Shown here piece after piece: positions 21,298 to 29,175 of a stretch of 32,000 bases of DNA. Every line of letters starts with the position of its first letter. The stretch's first letter is position 1. A program made the position numbers and the translations under genes. Origin of the DNA: Nitrosococcus oceani ATCC 19707 (GTDB taxonomy: Bacteria > Pseudomonadota > Gammaproteobacteria > Nitrosococcales > Nitrosococcaceae); the NCBI RefSeq assembly GCF_000012805.1, contig NC_007484.1:1140001-1172000 (forward strand), read 5' to 3'. The notes below the pieces were generated by a model that worked only from the letters and a program-made list of their open reading frames with translations, did no database searches and was not told the origin of the DNA.

Positions 21298-23178
21298 CTA
21301 TGCTCCCTTGGATGTCTGCTGCGCTAGCAAAGTGTTTACCTGTTGTAAGTGTCGCAAGAACTCTTCCGGCGAGGCTTGGCCAATAAGTCGAACTTGTCTA
21401 AGTTCTCTTCCGTCCGGCCCAAAAAAGAGTATTGAGGGGGGACCATAAAGAGAAAGTTGATTAAGCAGTGCCTTATCTTGGTCGTCGTAGGCGGTGACAT
21501 CAGTTTGTAACAATAGGGTATTGCGAAGCGCATTTTTCACTGTGGGATCGCTAAAGGTAGTGGCTTCCATTCGCTTACAATCCACGCACCAATCAGCGTA
21601 AAAGTCTAGCATAACCAAACGCTCTCCCGCTCCTTGGAGTGCAAGCTGGAGTCCCTGGATGCCTTTTACAGGCTGGAAATTTAGGCTTTCAGTGCTGGTT
21701 GGCGTATTGGCTGATCTTGCTACGGTTAATCCTCGCAGGGGCTGCCACTCCGTGCCTCCGCCGCTCGCAGCGCCTATGATGAGCAAGGTGCCATAAACTA
21801 AGGAGATGAGTCCCATTCCCTTCCACAGTCTGCTCCAGCCAGTAGTATCCGGCCCTAGCGCTTCCAACGCACCGAGATAGACGGCGCCAATAATAAACAG
21901 TGCTCCCCAAAGGAGCATGATGATCGCCTGGGGTAGGATGCGCGAGAGGAGCCAGATAGCCACGGCGAGCAATAAGACCCCAAAGAGATACTTGATCGGT
22001 TGCATCCAACTACCGACATGGGGCAGAAGTTTGCCCGCCGAAGCGCCGAGGAATAGTAGAGGCGTTCCCATCCCCATGCTTAAGGCAAATAGAGCCGAAC
22101 CGCCTAATAAGGCATCCCCGCTTTCGCCAATATAGATTAAGGCGCCTGCCAAGGGGGGGGCGACACAGGGGCCGACAATAAGGGCCGAGAATAAGCCCAT
22201 TAGTCCCGCTCCTAGCAGCGTGCCCCCTTTTTGTTTCTGGCTGAGGCGAAGCAGCCGTGTCTGGAGACGGCTAGGTAGCTGGATGTGATACAAATCAAAC
22301 ATAGAAAGAGCCAGCAGCACAAAAATTAAGCTGGCGCCAATTAGAATGCCGGGATGCTGGAAGGTAGCTTGCAGGTTTTCTCCAAGCAAACTGGCGACAA
22401 TGCCCGCCACGGTATAAGTGAGCGCCATGGCGAGGACATATGCAAGGGACAGCATAAAGCTGCGCCAAGTCGTGATATTTTTGCCTTGACCAACGATAAT
22501 CCCTGACAAAATAGGGATCATAGGAAAGACGCAGGGTGTGAAGGACAATAATAATCCAAAGCCGAAGAAGGCGGCTAAGGTAAGCCAGATCTGGTCATTA
22601 AACAGGGTTTGAACGATACGGTCTTGAGTAGATAGGGCAATAGCGGGAGATTGTTCCGGGGTTAGACCAGAATCTGCTTCTATGGAGCCCGCTTCATCAA
22701 TGGAAGGCGAAGGTAGTTCCAGGCTAATCCTCTGCGTAGCGGGGGGATAGCAGATTCCGTGAATTTCGGAGCATCCTTGCAGGGATGCCTCTAGGATGAC
22801 CGTCTCGGGCGTCGTGCCTTGCCGGTTCAGCTTAATGGGAATTTGGAGTTCGGTTTTGCCTTCATAAACCTCCGTGGTACCGAAAAATGGATCCTCTTTG
22901 ACCTTGCCAGGCGGTAGTTTCGCCGTGGATACCTTAACTTCCGGCGTATCCAGTATTTGGAAGGCGAATTTATCCCGGTACAGATAATAGCCCTCGACGA
23001 TATTCACCCGGGCTATAATGGTGTTGCCGTCTTCTACTGCGGCATTGTAGATAAAAGCCTGGTCAACTTTCAGCAGCGGAGGTTTTTCCGCTTCCCCGAG
23101 CCCCAGCCGGTCTAGCAGGCCCGCAGTAGCTGAAGTATTGCCGAGTAGCATTAAAGCCAAAGCAAGGAATATTCTCAT
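21298..23178 (-). CDS. dsbD: Thiol:disulfide interchange protein DsbD
   Basis: 626 aa. Signal peptide, alpha domain, multi-TM core with FTPCVFPMIP and GPCVAPP, and a C-terminal thioredoxin domain YADWCVDCK. Confidence 0.93.
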   Translation of the reverse strand: MRIFLALALMLLGNTSATAGLLDRLGLGEAEKPPLLKVDQAFIYNAAVEDGNTIIARVNIVEGYYLYRDKFAFQILDTPEVKVSTAKLPPGKVKEDPFFGTTEVYEGKTELQIPIKLNRQGTTPETVILEASLQGCSEIHGICYPPATQRISLELPSPSIDEAGSIEADSGLTPEQSPAIALSTQDRIVQTLFNDQIWLTLAAFFGFGLLLSFTPCVFPMIPILSGIIVGQGKNITTWRSFMLSLAYVLAMALTYTVAGIVASLLGENLQATFQHPGILIGASLIFVLLALSMFDLYHIQLPSRLQTRLLRLSQKQKGGTLLGAGLMGLFSALIVGPCVAPPLAGALIYIGESGDALLGGSALFALSMGMGTPLLFLGASAGKLLPHVGSWMQPIKYLFGVLLLAVAIWLLSRILPQAIIMLLWGALFIIGAVYLGALEALGPDTTGWSRLWKGMGLISLVYGTLLIIGAASGGGTEWQPLRGLTVARSANTPTSTESLNFQPVKGIQGLQLALQGAGERLVMLDFYADWCVDCKRMEATTFSDPTVKNALRNTLLLQTDVTAYDDQDKALLNQLSLYGPPSILFFGPDGRELRQVRLIGQASPEEFLRHLQQVNTLLAQQTSKGA

Positions 23179-23516
23179 GATAATTGGCGTAACTCTTTAT
23201 CTATCCAATGCAAATAGCCATCCAGGCCCCTGCCGATAGGGACCGCAATAATTTCTGGAAGTTCATAGGGATGCTGTTCCTCTATGAGCCGTTCCAGTGC
23301 CGAGTAATGAGTAGCACGGGATTTTATTAATAGCAAACATTCACTGTCCGTTTCGATTTTTCCCTGCCAACGGTACACTGATGTCAGTCCCGGGACAATA
23401 TTTACGCAAGCGGCGTGCCGTTTCTCCACCAGTCGGGCCGCAAGTTTTTCTGCCGTCTCTTGGTCGGGACAGGTGCAAAAGATAAGCTGATAATCCTCAT
23501 CGTTGGAGCTAGACAT
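23175..23516 (-). CDS. cutA: Divalent-cation tolerance protein CutA
   Basis: 113 aa. ACVNIVPGLTSVYRWQGKIE ... YELPEIIAVPI. 4-nt overlap with dsbD, the classic cutA-dsbD arrangement. Confidence 0.92.
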   Translation of the reverse strand: MSSSNDEDYQLIFCTCPDQETAEKLAARLVEKRHAACVNIVPGLTSVYRWQGKIETDSECLLLIKSRATHYSALERLIEEQHPYELPEIIAVPIGRGLDGYLHWIDKELRQLS

Positions 23517-23558
23517 GGCGTATATTTTTCCAGGGCTGTGCGAACATAAGAGAGACGG

Positions 23559-24023
23559 CTATTCCGTTTGAGAAGATCCTTCTTTTCTAAAAGCGGGATT
23601 CGCCGCGGTTGTTTCTGGTACCGATTGAGCCGCTCCAGTAGTTGGATTCGGCGGTTGAGGGGAGGGATTCCTTCCCGTGGTCGCTTCCCCTGCGTTTGGA
23701 GTAAGGGGATATCCTAGCCCTGTGGGCATATTTTCTGGTCTGGGCCAATCGGTAAATGGAAACGGCCGTTCCTCGGTATTGTAGGTTAAATATAGCAACA
23801 AGTGATAGATATAGGCGGATACTTGCCTGCCAAAGGTGACGGCCCGTTCATTGCTACCGCCAGTAATCAGGTTATAGAAGATGAGGAATATAACTGCCGC
23901 CCAGACTGCAAACTCGGCAAGGGTATAGGCCACGGCGAATAGCATCATGAAGAGGAAGCGTTTCCAGAAAGCTGGGTTTTTTAAGTTTTGGGTAAAATTG
24001 CTATCTTCTTTATTTGTCATCAA
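23559..24023 (-). CDS. DUF4389-like small membrane protein
   Basis: 154 aa. WKRFLFMMLFAVAYTLAEFAVWAAVIFLIFYNLITG..NE....FGRQVSAYIYHLLLYLTYNTEERPFPFTDWP matches my recollection of the DUF4389 pattern. Pro-rich tail. Confidence 0.6.
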   Translation of the reverse strand: MMTNKEDSNFTQNLKNPAFWKRFLFMMLFAVAYTLAEFAVWAAVIFLIFYNLITGGSNERAVTFGRQVSAYIYHLLLYLTYNTEERPFPFTDWPRPENMPTGLGYPLTPNAGEATTGRNPSPQPPNPTTGAAQSVPETTAANPAFRKEGSSQTE

Positions 24024-24089
24024 AAAGTCTCCAATTTATCTCATTTACAGGTATTTTAGCTGCTTGTTATGATATAACAATTTGAATGC

Positions 24090-24854
24090 CTAGTGAGTAA
24101 GATAAATATCAAATCGGGTGGTTTTGCTCTCAATTGAAAAATCTGGTTTTACTCCCGCCAGGAAAACTCCTGGCCGGGGACGCTTGACAACTACCCGTTG
24201 CCGCGCGCATTCCAGGGCCACTTCGAGGAGTAGAGGGGCATTCTCATCTTTACCTGCCAGGATACGCAGTAGGCGCATTTCCTTCTTGACCAGGGCGCTT
24301 TTAGTGCGTTCAGGATACATGGGATCGAGGTAGACAACGTCCGGAAAGTCCTGGGCGTTGAGGGTACCCATCCAATCTACGGCGTTCGCTTGCATTAATG
24401 TCATTTGAGCGATGATGGGGGCCGTTTCAGGGGTTTTCCGGGCGCGTGCCAGACCATCTTCTAGCAATGCTCCGATGACGGGCGATTGTTCTATTAAACG
24501 CACGGGACAACCTAGCATAGCGAGGACAAAGGCGTCCCGCCCCAGGCCAGCGGTAGCATCCAGCACATCGGGACAGACGTTCCCCTTGAGGCCGATAGCG
24601 CGCGCCAGTGGCTGCTTGCGTCCTTCGCCCTGGCGACGGCGGTAGCCCATGGCTCCCTTGACGAAGTCTACAAAGAGAGGGGCTCCTAGCTCAGGGTGGT
24701 GGAGTTCCAGACGCTGGGCACTCAGGACCAGAGTTATAGTGGGCCGGCCCAGGTTCAGGGGAGGCGTAAGCAGAGGGAGACCCAGCCGGCAGGCTAACTG
24801 GCGGGCAGCGTTTAGCTGCTCTAGGCTGTCAAAAGCAATACCAGCGTTTTGCAA
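24090..24854 (-). CDS. rsmJ: 16S rRNA (guanine1516-N2)-methyltransferase RsmJ-like SAM-dependent methyltransferase
   Basis: 254 aa. VLDATAGLGRDAFVLA SAM motif, VYLDPMYP, VVVKRP. This is the typical RsmJ (UPF0341) layout. Confidence 0.8.
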   Translation of the reverse strand: MQNAGIAFDSLEQLNAARQLACRLGLPLLTPPLNLGRPTITLVLSAQRLELHHPELGAPLFVDFVKGAMGYRRRQGEGRKQPLARAIGLKGNVCPDVLDATAGLGRDAFVLAMLGCPVRLIEQSPVIGALLEDGLARARKTPETAPIIAQMTLMQANAVDWMGTLNAQDFPDVVYLDPMYPERTKSALVKKEMRLLRILAGKDENAPLLLEVALECARQRVVVKRPRPGVFLAGVKPDFSIESKTTRFDIYLTH

Positions 24855-24886
24855 GTCTAGTGACGGGTGATTTAGTGGGAGCCTGG

Positions 24887-24920
24887 AGGAAAAACCCCGC
24901 CTCTAAGCGGAGTTTTTCCT
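24887..24920 (-). terminator. Putative intrinsic (bidirectional-type) terminator downstream of the Spy/CpxP-like gene
   Basis: The - strand reads AGGAAAAACUCCGC-UUAGAG-GCGGGGUUUUUCCU. This is an 11-bp stem with one G-U pair, a 6-nt loop, and A- and U-tracts on either side. It lies 22 nt after the stop at 24942. Confidence 0.5.
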
Positions 24921-24941
24921 GTATTTATAGGATCTTATCGG

Positions 24942-25412
24942 TCAGTCGTCATCCTCGTCATCTTCGTCTTCATGCTTCTTTTTCATGGAGATTAGTTTAT
25001 TTTTCTGCTCTTCAGTCAACACGTTGTTAACTTCACTGCGCTCTTCCAAGGCATTTTCTACCAGCTTATTGAATATCTCATTGTGTTTTTTGGCCACGGC
25101 ACGTAGGGCATCTTCTTCAGTAGCCGGATTCATCAATCCTTTATAGGCTTCAGCCATGCTGTGGTGCATCTTTTTCATGAGAGCCTTTTGGACTTTTTGA
25201 TGGTCTAGGTGGCTCCGCATGATGGTGCCTAATTGATTATCGGAGAGATTTAATTCTTCGGCTTTAGAGAGCACCGTGTGGGCATATCCTGAGTGGTGTT
25301 TTCCATGGTGTCCACGATGCTTCCCGTGATCATCGTCTCCTCCGGCCAAGGAGAGAGCAGGGAAGGTAAAGGCGAACATGAGGACAGAAACGGTTAGTAG
25401 TGCTTTTTTCAT
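24942..25412 (-). CDS. Periplasmic Spy/CpxP/ZraP-family-like protein, His-rich with acidic tail
   Basis: 156 aa. Signal peptide MKKALLTVSVLMFAFTFPALSLA, a His-rich stretch DDDHGKHRGHHGKHHSGYAH, two L(S/T)xxQ motifs (LSDNQL, LTEEQK), and C-terminal HEDEDDEDDD. Confidence 0.65.
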   Translation of the reverse strand: MKKALLTVSVLMFAFTFPALSLAGGDDDHGKHRGHHGKHHSGYAHTVLSKAEELNLSDNQLGTIMRSHLDHQKVQKALMKKMHHSMAEAYKGLMNPATEEDALRAVAKKHNEIFNKLVENALEERSEVNNVLTEEQKNKLISMKKKHEDEDDEDDD

Positions 25413-25502
25413 CTAAGACCTCCAAAAATTAGGGGGAATATAAAGATTCTTTATCGAATAGAGCAGCAGTGCATTTGAGTACCAACCTGCTTTCCCTGCT
25501 AC

Positions 25503-25976
25503 CTAGCCAAGTGACTTGTCTGCAAGGCCTTTAGTTCCCTTAAGATTGGCATTACCGAGTTTAGCGCCACGGAGGTTAGTCTTATAAAGGTTGGCATGGG
25601 ACAGGTCAGTCCATTCCAGGTTGGCAGCGGAGAGGTCGGCGCCCCGCAGGTCGGCTGCCTGTAACTTGGAGCTATCAAGATTAGCTCCCCGAAGTTTAGC
25701 GTTGATCAAATTGGCCCCCTTAAGGCTAGCGAGAATAAGGGTACACTCTTGAAGATTTGCATTTTCCAGATTGACCTGCTCTAGGCAGGCCAAGGTCAGG
25801 TTGGCGCGTTGGAGATTTACGCCTTTCAGATCGGCCCCTCGGAGGATAATGCCATCCAGATTAGCCTGCTGGCCTTCTTTCCCCCCAGATTGTAGCCACT
25901 GTTGATGAGCTGTAAGGATATCTCTGAGTTCGTTTTTATGAAGATGAAGCGTTTCTTCGTTAGGTGGTATCGACAT
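25503..25976 (-). CDS. Pentapeptide-repeat protein
   Basis: 157 aa. More than 20 consecutive A(D/N)LxX-type pentapeptides (ANLDGIILRGADLKGVNLQRANL...). Confidence 0.9.
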   Translation of the reverse strand: MSIPPNEETLHLHKNELRDILTAHQQWLQSGGKEGQQANLDGIILRGADLKGVNLQRANLTLACLEQVNLENANLQECTLILASLKGANLINAKLRGANLDSSKLQAADLRGADLSAANLEWTDLSHANLYKTNLRGAKLGNANLKGTKGLADKSLG

Positions 25977-26069
25977 TATCCTAGCGTTTAGTGGTTTCTG
26001 GTTTAAAAATAAATAAAATTCGCGCTTTCTTGTTGGCTGGTTTTGGTTTGAGCCATAGCGCTTGACTTA

Positions 26070-26714
26070 TCACCAGGCAGAGGGCAAGCGATGGGGGATA
26101 ATAATGGTTTTGGAGGTAACTTCAATATAGCCACCAGTGGCAAGATCTCCCATAATGCGGCTAACCATTTCCCGGGAAGCTCCTACTCTCTGTGCAATCT
26201 CTTGATGGGTAGGACGCTCTTCGATAATTAGTTTACCTCCTTTTTCAATGGCAAGGTCTAGAAGAGTGCGGGCTACTCGGCCGTAGACATCAAGTAATGC
26301 TAAATTTTTTACGTTTTCGGTCAGGGAGCGAACTCGCTGAGTTAAAGCGCAAAGAAGCTTAAGCGCAAAATCGGGATGCTCGGTAAGGCAGCGGTTAAAA
26401 ATAGTTTTTGAAACCACCGACAAGCGGGATTTATCAAGGGTCATTACCGAGGCTGAACGAGGTCCTTTATCAAGCAACGCCAGTTCTCCAAAATACTCTC
26501 CTGCTTTTTGAGTCCGGAGAATGACTTCTTTGCCACCCTCATCGCTGATATACACTTTCACCTTACCGCTTAAAATGATATACAGGGAATCGCTGAGATC
26601 TCCTTCGTGAATCAAGATTGTATACTTCGGGTAAGTTCTAGTAACGCCGCAACCGCGAAGCAACTCCAGATCCTCTGGAGAAAACGCTATCGGGGATAGT
26701 ATGTTTAAAGGCAT
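26070..26714 (-). CDS. Crp/Fnr-family transcriptional regulator with cNMP-binding domain
   Basis: 214 aa. cNMP-binding cassette (YFGELALLDKGPRSASV) and C-terminal HTH (THQEIAQRVGASREMVSRIMGDL). Confidence 0.9.
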   Translation of the reverse strand: MPLNILSPIAFSPEDLELLRGCGVTRTYPKYTILIHEGDLSDSLYIILSGKVKVYISDEGGKEVILRTQKAGEYFGELALLDKGPRSASVMTLDKSRLSVVSKTIFNRCLTEHPDFALKLLCALTQRVRSLTENVKNLALLDVYGRVARTLLDLAIEKGGKLIIEERPTHQEIAQRVGASREMVSRIMGDLATGGYIEVTSKTIIIPHRLPSAW

Positions 26715-26830
26715 TGTATGTCATCCTGCCGGGGTACCCAGCCGTCGTAGTTCAGATAGAAATATTCCTTCCTACAAACTACTGTATAGAATTATAGGCG
26801 ATAACCCTATCCCTAACAGGGGAAAGATTC
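26715..26830. promoter_or_regulatory. Divergent intergenic region between the Crp-like regulator and the CHASE2 cyclase (presumed promoters)
   Basis: 116-bp gap between divergently oriented start codons. I could not recognise a clean TGTGA-N6-TCACA site or a -10/-35 pair by eye, so this is a positional inference only. Confidence 0.3.
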
Positions 26831-29065
26831 ATGCCAAGGCTAGCTAAGGCCATCATGCTAGGATTGCTCACGGCATGGGTCGGCTTTCTGGCAACGATGG
26901 TACCTCCTCTGGGTCGCCTTGAGGTTGAGCTAGGACTGGCTTGGCTTTTCGAACTGCGGGGTTCCCGTGCCGCCCCGGAAGAGGTTGTTATTGTCACCAT
27001 TGACAGGGAGTCCTCGGATTGGCTTGGTCTGCCCAATGAGCCGGATAAATGGCCGCGGGAACTTCATGCCCACCTGGTGCAGCGCCTTGTTCAGGAAGGC
27101 GCTGCGGTGATTGCTTTTGATATCATTTTCGATGAGCCACGCGATCCTGTCCAGGATCGCCTTTTTGCGGAGGCCATCCGGAAAGCGGGTAATGTGGTGC
27201 TCTTCGAATATTTAAAAAAACACCGGAAATGGGTTGCGATAGGAGGCAGGCAAGCAGAGATTGAAATCGAGGAGCGGGTCCCCCCTGTTCCCGAATTTGC
27301 CAGCGCTGCTGTTACATTAGCGCCTTTTCCACTCCCGAAAGTGCCCGCTAGGGTAAGCCAAGCCTGGCTTTTTAAATTTGGCGTACCCACACTGCCCGTT
27401 GCCGCCTTGCAGGTTTATGCACGCCCCTATTATGGAGATTTATTCCGTTTACTCAAGGAGGTGACCCCCGAGAAAATTCGGTGGTTAAAAAACGACTGGC
27501 GGTCCGTTCCAAGCCAACCTGCATTGATAGCGCTTGCTAGGCATCTGCGAGAATGGTTTCAGGGGGATGCTCAACTGCCACAAAGTCTATTGGCCCGCTT
27601 ACAGAGTCCTGAAGCCCTGAGTCGTTTTCAGGGGCAATCAATTGTTGCCGCTTTGATCCGGGGCTTGAGCCAGGAAGAAAGCTTTTTTCTTGATTTTTAT
27701 GGCCCGCCTCATAGTATTGTCACCTTCCCTTATTACCAGTTACTAAAAGAGAATGGCGGTGCTCCTTTGCCTGTTTCATTTAAGGGCAAAGCCGTTTTTG
27801 TCGGTTTTAGCGAGCAATTTCAACCTGAGCAGAAGGACGGGTTTTACACCGTGTATTCCCAGCCCGATGGCTTGGATATCAGCGGAGTAGAGATTGCGGC
27901 AACGGCCTTTGCCAATCTTTTGGAACAGCGAAGCGTGACCCCTTTGCCCCTTCCCCTCCATTACCTCATTATTCTGTTATGGGGAGCAGGGATAGGATTT
28001 TTTTTCCTTTACTTACCTATTTATGCCCTGCTTCCTAGCGCGGCGGTTTTAGGCATGGGCTATATGAGCGTAGCCCATCACTTGTTTACGGGTAACGGGC
28101 TATGGCTGCCTGTAACCGCGCCTTTACTCTGGCAGTTGCCATTAGGATTGCTGGGAGCCTTGTTCTGGCGGTATTTAATGATGGAGACGGTGATTAAGCC
28201 TTATCTCCCGGCGTGGTTTTGGCGGTGGTGGAAATGGCACTCTGAATCGCCACCGCCACAAATTGCCAACGGCATTTGTCTTGCCACCGACGTTCAGCAA
28301 TATACTGCGCTTGCAGAACGATTTGACCTTGAGCGGCTGCGCCCGCTTCTTAATCGCTATTTCCGAAGTATTTTTGAACCCGTCAAGTACCGGGGAGGAT
28401 TTATCGCTGATATCAAAGGTGATGCGATAATGGCTATCTGGGCGGATCTTATTAGCAAAGAGGACATTAGGGAGCAAGCCTGTTTAGCAGCCCTTGATAT
28501 TGAGAAGGCTGTTGCGGAATTTAACCGTTGTACCCCCGAAGCCCCCCTACCTACACGGATCGGACTCCATTACGGCAAGATAGTCATTGGTAGCGTAGGC
28601 TCTAGCGAGCATCTCGAATACCGAGCGGTTGGAGATGTGGTTAATACGGCCAGTAGGATTGAGAATTTAAATAAGCTTCTTGGAACCCGCGTATTGGTTT
28701 CCCACGAAGTCGTTGTGGGACTAGAAAGTATTTTTACCCGAGAGCTAGGGGAATTTTGCGTAAAAGGCAGACAACAGCCTTTAGCGATTTATGAATTAAT
28801 AGGCCGTGCAGAAGAGGTGAAGGAGTCTTTACGGCGTTACTGTAAGCAATTCGACAGGGCTCTCCAAGTGTTTCAGCGCCGCCGTTGGCTGGAGGCTCTA
28901 GAGGCTTTTAAGGCGTTATTGGCACGCTACGGTAACGATGGTCCTTCCCTTTTTTACTTACAATTATCTAAATATTATGCTCGAACCCCCCCGCCTGTTT
29001 CTTGGAATGGCATTATTAATCTGAGCAATGTGGAAGAACGCCATAATTTTGGTCAAGGCAGATAG
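26831..29065 (+). CDS. CHASE2 sensor domain-containing class III adenylate/guanylate cyclase
   Basis: 744 aa. N-terminal TM, a roughly 350-aa periplasmic CHASE2-like region (VVIVTIDRESSDWLG ... AVIAFDIIFDEP ... KAVFVGFSEQ), a 3-4 TM block, then the cyclase domain with metal Asp residues (LATDVQQYTAL, IKGDAIMAIW) and VGDVVNTASRIE. The C-terminal tail is TPR-like. Confidence 0.88.
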   Translation: MPRLAKAIMLGLLTAWVGFLATMVPPLGRLEVELGLAWLFELRGSRAAPEEVVIVTIDRESSDWLGLPNEPDKWPRELHAHLVQRLVQEGAAVIAFDIIFDEPRDPVQDRLFAEAIRKAGNVVLFEYLKKHRKWVAIGGRQAEIEIEERVPPVPEFASAAVTLAPFPLPKVPARVSQAWLFKFGVPTLPVAALQVYARPYYGDLFRLLKEVTPEKIRWLKNDWRSVPSQPALIALARHLREWFQGDAQLPQSLLARLQSPEALSRFQGQSIVAALIRGLSQEESFFLDFYGPPHSIVTFPYYQLLKENGGAPLPVSFKGKAVFVGFSEQFQPEQKDGFYTVYSQPDGLDISGVEIAATAFANLLEQRSVTPLPLPLHYLIILLWGAGIGFFFLYLPIYALLPSAAVLGMGYMSVAHHLFTGNGLWLPVTAPLLWQLPLGLLGALFWRYLMMETVIKPYLPAWFWRWWKWHSESPPPQIANGICLATDVQQYTALAERFDLERLRPLLNRYFRSIFEPVKYRGGFIADIKGDAIMAIWADLISKEDIREQACLAALDIEKAVAEFNRCTPEAPLPTRIGLHYGKIVIGSVGSSEHLEYRAVGDVVNTASRIENLNKLLGTRVLVSHEVVVGLESIFTRELGEFCVKGRQQPLAIYELIGRAEEVKESLRRYCKQFDRALQVFQRRRWLEALEAFKALLARYGNDGPSLFYLQLSKYYARTPPPVSWNGIINLSNVEERHNFGQGR

Positions 29066-29175
29066 TCACCGCCGGGCCTACTGAAAAAAGCTGGAAGAGA
29101 TCTCTTATGTAGACTATTTATAAATTAATAAAGCTATAAAAAAGTAGGGTTCTCCTAAGAGAGGAGAGAGCCGGT

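Noticed and set aside
20952-21386. 144-aa + strand ORF spanning the tlpA-like/dsbD junction
   Set aside because: It is antisense to two well supported genes with thioredoxin and DsbD motifs, and has no features of its own.
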